64,000 nt of DNA from Octopus sinensis (Eukaryota): NCBI RefSeq assembly GCF_006345805.1, contig NC_043004.1:102114001-102178000 (forward strand). The letters run 5' to 3'. The number at the start of each line of letters is the position of its first letter. Positions within the stretch are counted from its first letter, which is position 1. The notes under the pieces were generated by a model that saw nothing but the letters and a program-made list of their open reading frames with translations, searched no databases and was not told the origin of the DNA. This document shows, one piece after another, positions 12,391 to 25,250 of this stretch. The position numbers and the translations under genes are program-made.

Positions 12391-13167
12391 GTCTGTCTAT
12401 CTATTTCTCAATGCTGGTTGCATCCTTAGCAACTTAATAAAGGAATGTTGTCACAGTGGAGAATGCAGTTCTAGACATACAAAATGGGGTGGCCATGAAT
12501 GGAAAGTCTTTAACCCTAGGTTTTTTCTTTATGTTGAGGCAATGAATTGACAGAAACGCAAGAACTCTAGGCAAAATGCCTTTTCTTGGCATTTTGTTCT
12601 TTAGCTTCTGAGTTCAATTCCGGCCTAGGTCATCTTTGCCTTTCATACTTCCCGGGTGGATGAACTAAAAGTACCAATGAAATATTGCATTGATGCTTTT
12701 GACTAACCACCTCCATCACCTCAAAGCTGCTGGTCTTATGACTGGATCTAAAACCATTAATGGCAGCGAGCTACCAGAATTGTTCGAGCGTAAGAAGAAA
12801 TTCTTTGCAGTATTACCACAGAGGTTAGCTTTGCTTTCCATCCTTTCGAGATCTATCACCACCAACCATCAAAATTGCTGGCCTTGTGTTTAAACTGGAA
12901 ACCATTATTATCTTTTGTTATTCGTTTAATATACTGATTTCTAGCATTTGAGGGATGTGGAACTGTCGGTTAAATCTGAACTGAGTAGCATAGTACTTTG
13001 ACCGTTAGATATCTTATTGACCCTTAAAGGATGAAAAGCAAAGTCGACCTTACCAAGATTCGAATGGAGAACTTAAGAAAATACCGTGAGATTTTTCCCT
13101 TGGCCTGAAAACAATCACGCTTTCGAAAATTCAATTTATATTTTATTTATTACATTATATTCGCAGT

Positions 13168-13211
<44 letters not shown>

Positions 13212-13220
<9 letters not shown>

Positions 13221-13417
13221 TTGTTTCAGTCATTTGACTGTGGCCATGCTGGAGCACAGCCTTTAGTCGATCAAATCGACCCAGGACTTATTCTTTGTAA
13301 GCCCAGTACCTATTCTATCGGTCTCTTTTTGCCGAACCGATAAGTTACGGGGACGTAAACACACCAGCATCGGTTGTCAAGCAATGCTAGAGGGACAAAC
13401 ACAGACACACAAACACG

Positions 13418-13448
<31 letters not shown>

Positions 13449-13618
13449 ATATATATGGCGGGCTTCTTTCAGTTTCCGTCTACCAAATCCACTCACAAGG
13501 CTTTGGTCGGCCCGAGGCTATAGTTAAAGACACTTACCCAAGGTGCCACGCAGTGGGACTGAACCCGGAACCATGTGGTTCGTAAGTAAGCTACTTACCA
13601 CACAGCCACTCCTACGCC
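13212..13618 (-). mobile_element. SINE family A
   Basis: Full-length match. Confidence 0.9.
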
Positions 13619-14109
13619 TATAATTTTTTTTTTTAATTTACCGTGAGAATTTTTCTCCACGGTAAACTGCATCGAAATATCTTTAGAAATTAAATTATGT
13701 CACAAATATATTTGAACGAACCTACTACCACTGGATTTGTTCTGACCAAGCGACAGGTGAGGGTAAGTCATTCCTTAGTACTGACCGTTCCATTGTAAAG
13801 CTACGGCTTTCTAATCATCTCAAAGTTATCTCTATTCGGTATCTTCTACTGAGCGGAGCTAAGGAGGCAGTAACGCATCTAGGAGTCAGAGAGAGGATGC
13901 TACTGAGCTGAAAAAGGTCTCTTTACACCTATTAGCATAAGCGAGAATTTTTCTCAAACGGTAAACTCCGTAAAATTATCTTTAAAGTTAAAATATATTA
14001 CAAACATATTTGAACTAAGTTTATTTCTCCTCACTTCTTGACGTTACTACCATTGCATTTCAAAGTTGTAACTTTTTTGAAACGTTTGAGTCTTAACGAG
14101 CTCTCTTTT

Positions 14110-14240
14110 ATTCTCTCTTTTACTTGTTTCAGTCATTTGACTGCGGCCATGCTGGAGCACCGCCTTTTAGTCGAGCAAATCGACCCCAGGTCTTATTCTT
14201 TGTAAGCCTAGTACTTATTCTATCGGTCTCTTTTGCTAAA
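14110..14240 (-). mobile_element. SINE family A 3' fragment
   Basis: Matches the family A tail half and stops abruptly at the tRNA junction. Confidence 0.85.
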
Positions 14241-14282
14241 CTGTTAACCGAAAGGTTGGTGGTTCGAGCCCACCCAGGGACG
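14241..14282 (+). tRNA. tRNA-Asn(GTT) 3' half (pseudogene fragment) followed by a T6 run
   Basis: CTGTTAACCGAAAGGTTGGTGGTTCGAGCCCACCCAGGGACG matches the conserved metazoan tRNA-Asn from anticodon loop to discriminator; TTTTTT at 14290-14295; 5' half absent. Confidence 0.85.
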
Positions 14283-14767
14283 TGGATCCTTTTTTAAATG
14301 GCGGTACCCCAGCATGGCCACAGCTCGTGAGCTGAAACTAGATAAAATAAAAAAATATATTCCTTTTTAGTCTCTTGTCAGCTTTTCTCGGTTGAAAACG
14401 TTTAAGTTCTTTTTCTTTTTTCTGCATGTCAGTAAGTAAACAATTTTCGGTTTGCCAGTAAGTAAACAATCTTAAGTGTGGAACGAAATTGAAGACACAA
14501 CTTATCAATCATGTTCTACTACGGTCCAACAACAGCGGCGAGGCATTAACGAACTTAACGGGCCGTGTAACATCCTTGTTTTCATATCAGAGAAAGTGCA
14601 TATTGCTGGGCTTTAAACCCACAGCTCCAGTGAAAAAAGTTTGTAACTAACCACTAAGTTGTAGATTCTAACGATATATGTGTATGTGCGTGTGTACTCG
14701 TGTACTTATACGTACATGTATATACATACATATATAAGCACGTATATGTGTATATATATTGCATTAA

Positions 14768-14998
14768 GGCGGCGAGCTGGCAGAAACGTTAGCACGCTGG
14801 GCGAAATGCGTAGCTGTATTTCGTCTGCTGTTACGTTCTGAGTTCAAATTCCGCCGAGGTCGATTTAGCCTTTCATCCTTTCGGGGTCGATAAATTAAGT
14901 ACCAGTTACGCACTGGGGTCGATGTAATCGACTTAATCCCTTTGTTTGTCCTTGTTTGTCCCCTCTTTGTTTAGCCCCTTGTGGGTAGGAAAGAAATA
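14768..14998 (+). mobile_element. SINE family B, full length
   Basis: GGCGGCGAGCTGGCAGAAACGTTAGCACG..GAGTTCAAATTCCGCC head with B box. Confidence 0.9.
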
Positions 14999-15489
14999 TA
15001 TACGTACATGTATATACATACATATATAAACACGTATATGTGTATATATATTGCACTGGGTGACACATACCTAGAAGTCAACACTAACTGAGTTGACACC
15101 GACAACATCCACTACAGAAGCGATTTGGTGTCAAGTTCAGAAGCTGTTTGATATCCAGTAAATTCTTCGTAGATAACATGGTCCTAAATGTAACGCAAAA
15201 CAACTGCCTTGTTTTTAAAATATTTCTCGATTCATCTTTAATTAATGTCAAAAAGTTTCTCTTAATCATTTCTTGAACTTTTCCTTCTTTGGTTATTGAC
15301 GAAGTTTTAGAAAGAAACTTATTCAACATATCCTTATGTAAGCCTATGTTAGTTTGTTTACGTCTCCCTAACCCAGCGGTTCGGTAATGCCTTTTGGGTC
15401 CCACAATTATCCATTCTCCAACAATATGGTCATGTATGGATACCAGAAACAGTATTTCTCGCTCATTGCAACATCCATGTCAACTACGT

Positions 15490-15900
15490 TTGTGTCCTCT
15501 TGAGAAAATCCGTTGCCGTAACGTTATCAGTTAATCGTAAGATCAAAACGGTTACGTAATGCATATTTTCATGGACTTCTTTTGCATAAACTTCGTTGGC
15601 CATAAACAGTTACACACCTATTTCTTGCCCAATGCTTTTTTTTTTTTTTTGTATTCGCTCCATACAAAAGCAGGTGGTGAATAGCCGAAGAACCTCTTTA
15701 CCCAGCGGCATCTTTATCATCGAGAAAACCAGCCTTTGTGAATGAAGTCCTGCTCATGGACTGATGTTTATTTGCTCCAAAAATGTCGACAGCAAAAGCA
15801 ATATGCTGCATTTCGTGATATATTGAACGATGCACATAGATGAGATTTATAAAATTCTGATATAGCTTGAGCCTAGCAATGTTTGTTAAAATTTTAGACA
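15490..15900 (-). mobile_element. hAT transposase N-terminal remnant (TTF-type zinc finger/DUF4371 class)
   Basis: Frameshifted translations ISRNAAYCFCCRHF..SFTKAGF and LRQRIFSRGH. Confidence 0.6.
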
Positions 15901-15983
15901 GTGATTGAGTGGCTCCTTCACTCTGGTTATTGCTATTGCCTGCAGGATGAAGACTCGAATTCCGCTGAACAGAAAATACCTTC

Positions 15984-16071
15984 GGGGATGTAAATACACC
16001 AGCATCGGTTGTCAAGCGATGTTGGGAGGACAAACACAGACACACAAACAGATGCACACACGTACACACGC

Positions 16072-16142
<71 letters not shown>

Positions 16143-16146
16143 ACAC

Positions 16147-16210
<64 letters not shown>

Positions 16211-16379
16211 GCATATATATACGACAGGCTTCTTTCAGTTTCCGTCTACCGAATCCACTCACAAGGCTTTGGTCGGCCCGAGGCTATAGTAGAAGAAACT
16301 TGCCCAAGATGCCACACAGTGGGACTGAACCAGGAACCATGTGGTTGGTAAGCAAGCTACTTACCACACAGCCACTCCT
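15984..16379 (-). mobile_element. SINE family A 5' part with expanded (CA)n(TA)n
   Basis: Match to the family A head and middle. Confidence 0.85.
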
Positions 16380-17088
16380 AAATGATTGATTCTATCGGTA
16401 TATACGAAAAATGATGGTATTCAGAAATACGTAAAAAAATGTAATCGATGATACCCAAAATAAAAGCGAAAGAAATAACAAAGAAATAACCCTAAGGAAG
16501 GTGTTATTTAATGGCCTTGCATTTGTTGACTCCTCTTTAACAGATGACAAATCCCGTTAATTAGTTATTGAAAATTAGCGAGGTTCTTCCCCAGAAACAC
16601 TTGAAGAAAAACTTAACTTGTCTGAAAATAAAATTACGAACATGGAATGAAATGAGCATGTATGGCGTCACATTAGGATGAAATTCTGTGGACTTTTTCT
16701 AAGACCGTTGGGAATCCGGACGATGCTCGAGCTTGGCCTGGCTTAGCACCGTAACTACATGTCAGACTGATTATATATCAGCAAATGTCTAGAATATGTT
16801 ATCTTGTGATGTAAGATATGATTATCGTAAAGAGAAATTTAAATAACGTACCATAGATTAATTTATATATGAAACTGGTTTTTAGCCTTCCTCCAAATCA
16901 TTTTGTGGTTTATAGCCTCTGGACAGAGTATGCGAGTCTAGCAACATGTATGTATATACATGTATGAATGCTTACACGTATGTATGTATGTACATTCACA
17001 TGCACACATTCATATACACACGTAAATATTAGTCTGTTTTGTGTATGCGTGTGTATGTGCGTGTGTATGTATGTGTGTGTGTGTCTGT

Positions 17089-17130
<42 letters not shown>

Positions 17131-17473
17131 TGTGTGTGTGTGTTTCCTGATGAGGTCTAATTTAATTTGTCGGAAAATCAACGACCCTTGTTCATTTTAA
17201 TTAAATTGTATAACGAGATTTTAAATATTAATACAGTGAATTAAATATCTTAAGTTTACTGATGTGTTGGGAGAAAATATCTGTTGAAAATTTCTAAGAT
17301 ATAAAAATGATATATGTAGACATATATTTTTTCTATTTTTGAACACATTAATAGCTTAAGTGAAGTAGTTACAAGTGAAAATCGAAACCAGATGTCAAGT
17401 CATTTTAACAAGATATGTAGCAGTGTGTTACACGTGTTGCGTGTGATAACATATTACTAACATCGTATCACTC

Positions 17474-17777
17474 ACTAGCAGTATCGCCCGGCGTTGCTCG
17501 GGTTTGTAAGGGAAATAACTATATAAGCATTTTTAGAGATTTACTTCCCAAATATAATAGCAAAAAAATGCATTAAAAATGGGAAAAAATTATGGTAAAA
17601 TTTTTTTTAATCGTAGACTCATCGTAGACGCGCGCTAATACCCAGAAGGGCTCGATATGAATCACGACTATAAGATACCAGCTTTTGGTTAAACTGCACC
17701 GCAAAATGTGGGAGTAGTTAGGAATCTAAATCGTAGGAGACAGACACTCACACAACTTCACTTTTATATATAAAGAT
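17474..17777 (+). mobile_element. non-autonomous Helitron-like element
   Basis: ACTAGCAGTATCGCCCGGCGTTGCTCGGG..ACTTTTATATATAAAGAT; second copy at 37433-37802. Confidence 0.7.
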
Positions 17778-18120
17778 TTCTTCATTACGTAATATCAACA
17801 CACACTGAACAACTACACAACAACGTTACCATAGAAAAACAAACAACCACGCCACACAACTTCGCACAAATTCGTCATTGCACAAGCTTTTTACCTCAAT
17901 AATTCATTAGCCCCACATCACACCAATGCCATTGCATTACGTTAACACACTGTCACATCAACACGGAGATACATCATATAGCTCAGCACTTTGCCATCAC
18001 ACCAGATCATCACCCTTTAAACAAACTACTAAGTAAAAACAATTGCAGCGTGGAAGGTGTTTGTAAGCCATTTAAGAAACACACAAAAGCCATTCGATTC
18101 ACTTCAACATTTAAGTTTAA

Positions 18121-18170
18121 TTTGTCAAAATATTTTCGTTACTAAAATCCGCGACCTGTTCACTGACAAA
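18121..18170 (-). ncRNA. variant minimal hammerhead (G3:C8 core)
   Basis: Reverse complement TTTGTCA-GTGAACA-G-GTCGC..GTAAC-GAAA-ATAT-TT-TGACAAA. Confidence 0.6.
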
Positions 18171-18186
18171 AATCCGTGCTGCATCG

Positions 18187-18229
18187 GTGAACAGGTCGCG
18201 GATTTTAGCGACGAAAATATTTTGACAAA
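18187..18229 (+). ncRNA. variant minimal hammerhead (G3:C8 core), helix I 5' strand missing
   Basis: GTGAACA-G-GTCGC-GGATTTTA-GCGAC-GAAA-ATAT-TT-TGACAAA. Confidence 0.55.
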
Positions 18230-18639
18230 TTAAACTTAAATGTTGAAGTGAATCGAACGGCTTTTGTGTGTTTCTTAAATGGCTTACAAACACCTTCCAC
18301 GTTGCAATTGTTTTCGTTTCAGCACACGATCTCAGATCAAATCACTTGCTATGCGAGTACACCTCCGTAAGTAAAAACAGAGCTATATTATATCAACACA
18401 GCAATCCTCTACAACTCCAAAAGAGAAACGTACAATGTCATGTGACATCAAGAAATCACTACACATCAACACTACTACAAACTCCATCAACACACCACTT
18501 CATCACCGCGTTGCCTCACTACTCTGTCGATACATTTGCTACATAAACATACAAGCAATCCTCATCATATCAACACATCATTACCCCACTGCATTACATC
18601 CTCCATACATTAACACGCCACTACATAAACACACGGCTC

Positions 18640-19435
18640 GGATTTTTTCCTTTCGAACGGCATATGTCAACACAATTTCTAGTTAACTAAACACTTTTAA
18701 ACTTCGTATACTGGTAGAATGTGTTTATAAAACATCATTTTTTCTCTTGGCTTTATTGAGAAAATTCTATAGTTTGTATGATATTTCCACTTTAAAATCG
18801 AGCATTTCGGCAATTTTAACCAATCGCTGACCTCCATTTAGGTAAACAACATTCCGTGCTGTATGAATATGTCCCTCCTTTAAGAAACAGATTGGGTTTA
18901 TTTAAATTTGCGAAGAAAAAAGATACCCCTCCCCACCCCTAACCCTTACCCTAAAACAGGTTGAAATGCAATAGATCGATACTAGGGTTATAATTATGGG
19001 TAACATTTTCATTTGACACCGCAAGAAAAAAATCCCATTTTCCGTAGCGGTGTCGTATGAAATTGTCACCCATAATTATAACCCTAGTATCGATCTATTG
19101 CATTTCAATCTGTTTTAGGGTTAGGGTTAGGGTTAGGGGTGGGGGAAGGGTATCTTTTTTTCTTCGCAAATGTAAATAAACCCAATCTGTTTCTTAAAGG
19201 AGGGACATATTCATACAGCACAGAATGTTGTTTACCTAAATGGAGGTCAGCGATTGGTTAAAATTGCCGAAATACTCGATTTTAAAGTGGAAATATCATA
19301 CAAACTATAGAATTTTCTCAATAAAGCCAAGAGAAAATGATGTTTTATAAACACATTCTACCAGTATCCGAAGTTTAAAAGTGTTTAGTTAACTAGAAAT
19401 TCTGTCGAAAACTGCCGTTCAAAAGGAAAAGATCC
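18640..19435. mobile_element. fold-back DNA transposon F1 with internal telomeric repeats
   Basis: Arms of ~380 bp, GGATTTTTTCC..GGAAAAGATCC; 8-bp TSD CACGGCTC (18632-18639, 19436-19443); CCCTAA-like tract 18937-18954 and (TTAGGG)4 at 19115-19138. Confidence 0.9.
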
Positions 19436-20262
19436 CACGGCTCACATCCTCCATGATTTCTAGATGTCCCGGTTTAAGTTGTTCTATAAGCAGGCTGAAA
19501 TGTTCATTCGGCGTACAGATCATTCGACAGAGACATTCTGTCTAGTAAATTAAATGTCATTGAACAACCCAAAATTTCATAGAGACAAATCGAAGACCAT
19601 TGAATATTAGAAATTGTGCATACTAAGCTGTCTGTATGAATCTAGATTTTTGACCTGGATTTCTGCAATCTTATTTTCAGATTTTCAAATGTAAGCATCG
19701 CTCCGAAATGCTCACCTCATATTTTCTTCAAGATTACATAATTGAAAAAGAAGTTAGTTTTTATTCCTTTTAACATGAAAGTAGCCTAAATCGATTGTAC
19801 GTCTACCATAGGTAAAGAAAAGTCTTATTTATTGAGCCATTTTAAAACTATTAACCATATTTTATTACATTGCATAATTTACACATAGTAAGATAGCTGC
19901 CGTAGAGATAGCAGGCGGTGGTTGCTTGCCACTCACCGTGGTGGTAACACTAATGTAATCAAATACGCCTTCAAACTATTAATAAACACAGATAAAATTT
20001 AGATACTTCCACATGCACAGCATAAGAGGCATAAACAATGAGTGTTAAAAAATGCAACCATTTGAAAAAATATTTTCAAACGTTGTGTGGGAAACGTGAG
20101 CGTCTCCAGTTAAACCAACTTCAAGAAAAGAAGACAGTGGACCAGATATTTCACATAATAAAGTGTTTCATGTCCTACGAGTTTTTCAAAGAAAAGGAAA
20201 GAGGAAGTAAACTTATTTCTATTCCTGTGTGCCCTCAAAGGAACTGGTACAAGAATCCTGAC

Positions 20263-20666
20263 CAGGAGTGGCTGTGTGGTAAGTAGCTTGCTTACCAACC
20301 ACATGGTTCCGGTTTCAGTCCCACTGCGTGGCACCTTGGGCAAGTGTCTTCTACTTTAGCCTCGGGCCGACCAAAGCCTTGTGAGTGGATTTGGTAGACG
20401 GAAACTGAAAGAAGCCCGTCGTATATATGTATATATATATATATATATATGTATGTGCGTGTTGGTGTGCCTGTGTTTGTACCCCCAACATCGCTTGACA
20501 ACCGATGCTGGTGTGTTTACGTCCCCGTAACTTAGCGGTTCGGCAAAAAGAGACCGATAATATAAGTACTAGGCTTACAAAAAATAAGTCCTGGGGTCGA
20601 TTTGTTCGACTAAAGGCGGTGCTCCAGCATGGCCACAGTCACATGACTGAAGCAAGTAAAAGAGTA
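20263..20666 (+). mobile_element. SINE family A
   Basis: Full-length match. Confidence 0.9.
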
Positions 20667-21039
20667 ATGTGTGTTACTACATAAGATTTATCTGCTCTTT
20701 GAAACCGAGAACAAAGCTAAAAAGAAGAAAAAAAAGCAGACGAGGCTAGTGTTCCACACGGCTTTCCACATACTGATGGCCGTTGTATATGGAGGGATGC
20801 AACACAAGAGTTACGAAGGTTGACATTGATATGGACGTTGGACGTTGGCTACGTTGGCTGGCCGAAACCTTTGTGGTACAGTACAAGTAAATAGTGAGCG
20901 TGATAGCAGGTGATACATAACAACAGGTGGTCGGATGTAGTCTACATAAACACGCAGAGCCTGATGTTCACCTTCAACAAGAGAGCAAGGCTATTCTGGT
21001 GGTGTACCACTTTGGGGAAGTAAAAAGGAAGCTAGTCAG

Positions 21040-21480
21040 TTTTATGAACAGTAGAATGGTAGCACTGCTGAAGAAGGAAGCGAATAATGGACATATCATT
21101 GATTGTGTACGATCCATAACTCTTCTGAATGTGGGGTTTAAGATTCTGGTCAAAATGTTAGCAAAAAGGTTAGTGCTTGTCACATTTGTGTTTTAGGGAA
21201 CGTACAGACATGCGATAACCTCCACCTCATGCGGTGGAGAGCGTGAATAACAAACTTGGTTTCCGTGGATCTCTGACATGGACTAACCTAAAGCTTTCGA
21301 TATTTGGTAACATCCTCAGAGTAGCCGGCTTCTATCGCGTTTTCAGAGGCTGTTTTTTTCTTCTTAGTACAACAGCATCCGCCTGGTAATAAAACTAAAT
21401 GGCCATCGATCGGAACAGTTTCAATTCAAGTGTTTAGTTTGTCAAGAATGTTCTCTCTCACCTTCACCTCGTCATTATGT
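21040..21480 (+). mobile_element. L1/Tx1-like reverse transcriptase remnant
   Basis: VALLKK..VRSITLLNVGFKILVKMLAKRL, then degenerate DNLHLMR, KAFD and CQECSLSP (QGCPLSP-like) motifs. Confidence 0.75.
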
Positions 21481-21899
21481 ATTTGACTCACAAACCAGGA
21501 AACTGTTACACCCATATATATCCTAATATTCATAGCAATACATAACATTACACAACAAAAAACTATTTCTTGTAACTAATCTACATAAATCTTTATTTAT
21601 GTTTCTAAGTTAAGCCAAAATTATATTTGTATTTCAAGTTTTAATTAATAGTTCAAACAAATTACATACGAAAATCGTTTGTTAATCAAAATATATCCCA
21701 TCATTTTCTATTGTCTCTTGCCATCGTTGTGCCAGAAACTCGATTATATGCTTATACCATTTGGCTGGTTTAAAAGCAAAAAATTCTCTCCTCCCGTTTT
21801 CAGCCACATTCACGTTGTTGAACCTCCGCCCGAGCAGATAACTGAGCCATAGCTCGGAAAAGGTGGTAATCTAATGGTGCAAGAGATGGATTGTAGACA

Positions 21900-22720
21900 G
21901 GGTGGGGCATCCCCTCAAGTTCCTCATGTTTGCGCTTGGTCACATTGACAGTGTATACTAGAGCAATGTTGAGCTCTAGGAAAGTGTGTCATCGATTGAC
22001 CAATGCCGAGTACCGGGTTTTTAAAGCACCATGTATACTCGCTGCAGTTGTTGAGCATAAAGGTTAGTGTTCACAGCATGACAATCTGAGACAAGCTTGA
22101 AGTGTAATATTCCCTCGAAATTCTATCAAACACACAACATGACATTTTGTCCAAACCATTCTTGTTTGCCAACAGGTTCTGAAGCCGGGTCGAAACGAAG
22201 CCATTAATTTCCCTAATTAAGATTACGAAAATAGATCCACTTTCGAGCCCCAAAAAGAGGCATCTCGAAGATTTACTTGCAGTTGTTTGAAAATCTCCAT
22301 ACGTCGTTGATCCTGGTCACTGGTCAGTTTACGAGGAGCTTCTCGACAGCGTCTGTTCACATGGTCGAACTTATGGAGGTGTTGATTGATGGTGCTTTGT
22401 GAAGGACCAAGGTCTGATGATAATGCACGAGTGCTTGTGTTTGACTGTTGTTCAACCATCGCATACAAGACCTCATCTTCCACATCAGAAGGTTTACCTG
22501 ACCTAGATTTATTTTCGAGGCTGGTGTCACCTTCTTTCAAACATCAAAACCAGTTTGTTGACTGTCCTGGGCCTCCCACATCATTAATTTCTTTTACTGC
22601 TACTCTTGTAGTCAGTAGTGTTAAAATGGCTCTAATTGCAATGTTTTCTACTCATTATCAAAGCTGTAAAACAAAGAATAAACAATTAATGTTTCTTTGT
22701 TATATATGGAAATGATCAAT
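21900..22720 (-). mobile_element. mariner transposase remnant
   Basis: EGDTSLENKSRSGKPSDVEDEVL..TRALSSDLGPSQSTINQHLHK..PRKLTSDQ resembles the mariner HTH region. Confidence 0.8.
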
Positions 22721-22914
22721 AAAAAAATTCAGCAACGATCGGACAAGATGTTTCAAATTAGTGATGCAATATGGAGGCACAAGTTGCCAAATATCATCAG
22801 AGAAAGCCCGAAAAAAAATTTTGTCTCAACTTGGTACTCTCAACCAACATCCATTACATCTGAAGCTGTATATTTAAATGCTTAGGAGGAAAAAAATAAT
22901 TAATTAAAATAACT

Positions 22915-23014
22915 ACGACGACGACGACACTGATGATGATGATGACGACGACGCCGATGATGATGATGACGATGACGACGACGAGGATGACGACGACGAT
23001 GTTGATGTTGATGT

Positions 23015-23050
<36 letters not shown>

Positions 23051-23228
23051 CGACGACGACGACGATGATGATGATGATGTTGATGATTATGATGATGATG
23101 ATGACGATGATGATGATAACGATGACGATGATGATGACGACGACGAGGACGACGACGACGATGATGATGATGATGGTGATGGTGGTGGTGATGATGATGA
23201 TGATGATGATGATGATGACACTGATGAT

Positions 23229-23260
<32 letters not shown>

Positions 23261-23393
23261 CGACGATGATGATGATGACGATGATGATGATAATGATGAT
23301 GACGACGACGCCGATGATGATGATGATGACGACGACGCCGATGATGATGATGACGATGACGATGATGATGATAATGATGATGACGACGACGCC

Positions 23394-23425
<32 letters not shown>

Positions 23426-23450
23426 CGACGACGACGATGACGACGACGAC

Positions 23451-23485
<35 letters not shown>

Positions 23486-23537
23486 CGCCGATGAGGATGA
23501 TGATGATGACGATGATGATGATGATGATGATAATGAT
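22915..23537. repeat. (GAT/GAC)n trinucleotide mosaic
   Basis: Direct reading; source of the poly-H, poly-M and poly-S pseudo-ORFs. Confidence 0.9.
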
Positions 23538-23886
23538 TTCTTAGCCACAAGTGCTCTCAAACAATGAGGACAATACAAGGAGCAAAATCGAATGCGCGAA
23601 AAGGTTTACGAAAAAGAAAAGCGAGAAAATGAAATAAGAAAAAAGAAAGATAAAAATATCAACAAAAATATTTTCAGCAACAGGGACAGTTACCATGGGT
23701 CAATCAGTGAACCTCACAGGTCCAGAATTAGTTTGGCCACCAAGGAAAAATCTTTCCCCTCAACTGTTATTTCTTGCATTTGGCATTGTTCTTCTCTATC
23801 ACCAGTTTAGTTTTGTTAAAAAAGGGAGAAGCTGAGTTGTCGATCCACAAACCACAAATACACTTCTCAATAACCATTTTCAAAGC

Positions 23887-24042
23887 GAGTGGCTGTGTGG
23901 TAAGTAGCTTGCTTACCAACCACATGGTTCCGGGTTCAGTCCCACTGCGTGGCACTTTGGGCAAGTGTCTTCTACTATAGCCTCGGGCCGACCAAAGCCT
24001 TATGAGTGGATTTGGTAGACAGAAACTGAAAGAAGCCTGTCG

Positions 24043-24075
<33 letters not shown>

Positions 24076-24285
24076 TTGTGTGTCTGTGTTTGTCCCCCAA
24101 CATCGCTTGACAACCGATGCTGGTGTGTTCATATCCCCGTAACTTAGCAGTTCGGCAAAAGAGACCGATAGAATAAGTACTAGGCTTACAAAGAATAAGT
24201 CCTGAGGTCGATTTGCTCGACTCAAGGCGGTGCTCCAGCATGGCCGCAGTCAAATGACTGAAACAAGTAAAAGAGTAAAAGAGTA
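23887..24285 (+). mobile_element. SINE family A
   Basis: Full-length match. Confidence 0.9.
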
Positions 24286-24719
24286 ATATATGAGTCGTGG
24301 GGGATTGGTTTTTTTTTTGTTTTTTGTTTTTTTTCAAGCAAAACTTTGATTTCAAAGCAACAGAAATGTAAAGAATTTTTTTAACGTCGGGAACCATCTG
24401 ATATTGTTGTAATAGCAATCTCACAAAATTCCGGTAGCTGTGTTACATAAACTGTGGTGTGTGTGTGTAAGAGTTGAATATTTTCACAGTTAGTGTTTTA
24501 CTGTCAATTGGTAAATAACTCGACAGCTGTTCGAAGACATTTGTGCACAATGTGTGCATCACAGAAAACACCAACAAGGTTCCTTCAAGTTTGGTTTTTA
24601 ATTGGATAAATATGTTGTTCTTGCCTTTTCGTTTGGCGTAGATAAAATCTGTGTCACAATTGTCTCCATAAAATCCACCAATATTTTACTTCTATTCGTA
24701 TTTATCTACATTTAAGATT

Positions 24720-25080
24720 AAAGCATCAATCAAGATTTCAGCTGCCTCACCAGAGTTCAGTCCTACCTCGTGATATCTTGGACAACCAAAATGCAAATAT
24801 ATGGGAAACTACCACCTGTGTCATCTCTTGTGAAAGGTAAGAGAGTCCAGTTTGCTGGATATTGTTGTAGAACTGAAAAAGAGGTAATTTCTACTCTTCT
24901 CCTCTGGAAGCCATCTACTCGCAATACCAGAGGGCGCACGCTCTCCTACCCTGATGTAATCTCCAGGGATACAGGCATCCAGCAACAGGACCTCCGTAAT
25001 GCCATGATGGACCGTGAAGTCTGGTGTAGCATGGTAAATTCCATTGTCTCGACCACGGTCGAACAATGATGATGATGATT
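24720..25080 (+). mobile_element. RTE-clade LINE 3' end
   Basis: IYGKLPPVSSLVKGKRVQFAGYCCR..LLLWKP..GRTLSYPDVISRDTG..MMDREVW followed by a (TGA)n tail. Confidence 0.8.
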
Positions 25081-25250
25081 GGACAAGTGACTTTTACTGG
25101 AACTTCGGGTCGACCAATACCTAGCAAGTGAAATTTAGTACATAAAAGCTGTACGGAAGCCCGTCGTATACTTGTGTGTACGTGTGCGTATGGGTGGGGG
25201 GTCCACAATGGCGTCTGTGTCCATATATATGTTCGTTAATGTTCCGTGAT

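Larger units (their letters stand above)
18036..18314. repeat. ~280-bp fold-back made of two inverted PLE-pLTR-like units
   Basis: Arms of ~125 bp are nearly identical; each carries a hammerhead-like fold. Confidence 0.85.

Noticed and set aside
17140-17185. CTGATGAGGTC..GAAAATCAAC
   Set aside because: No helix pairs.
18937-19138. TTAGGG tracts as a real telomere or chromosome-fusion scar
   Set aside because: The tracts are short, symmetric and inside TSD-flanked elements.
21281-21325. Minus-strand CTGAGGA..GAAAGCTT hammerhead-like string
   Set aside because: No helix I or II; it overlaps the KAFD codons of the RT remnant and is probably chance.
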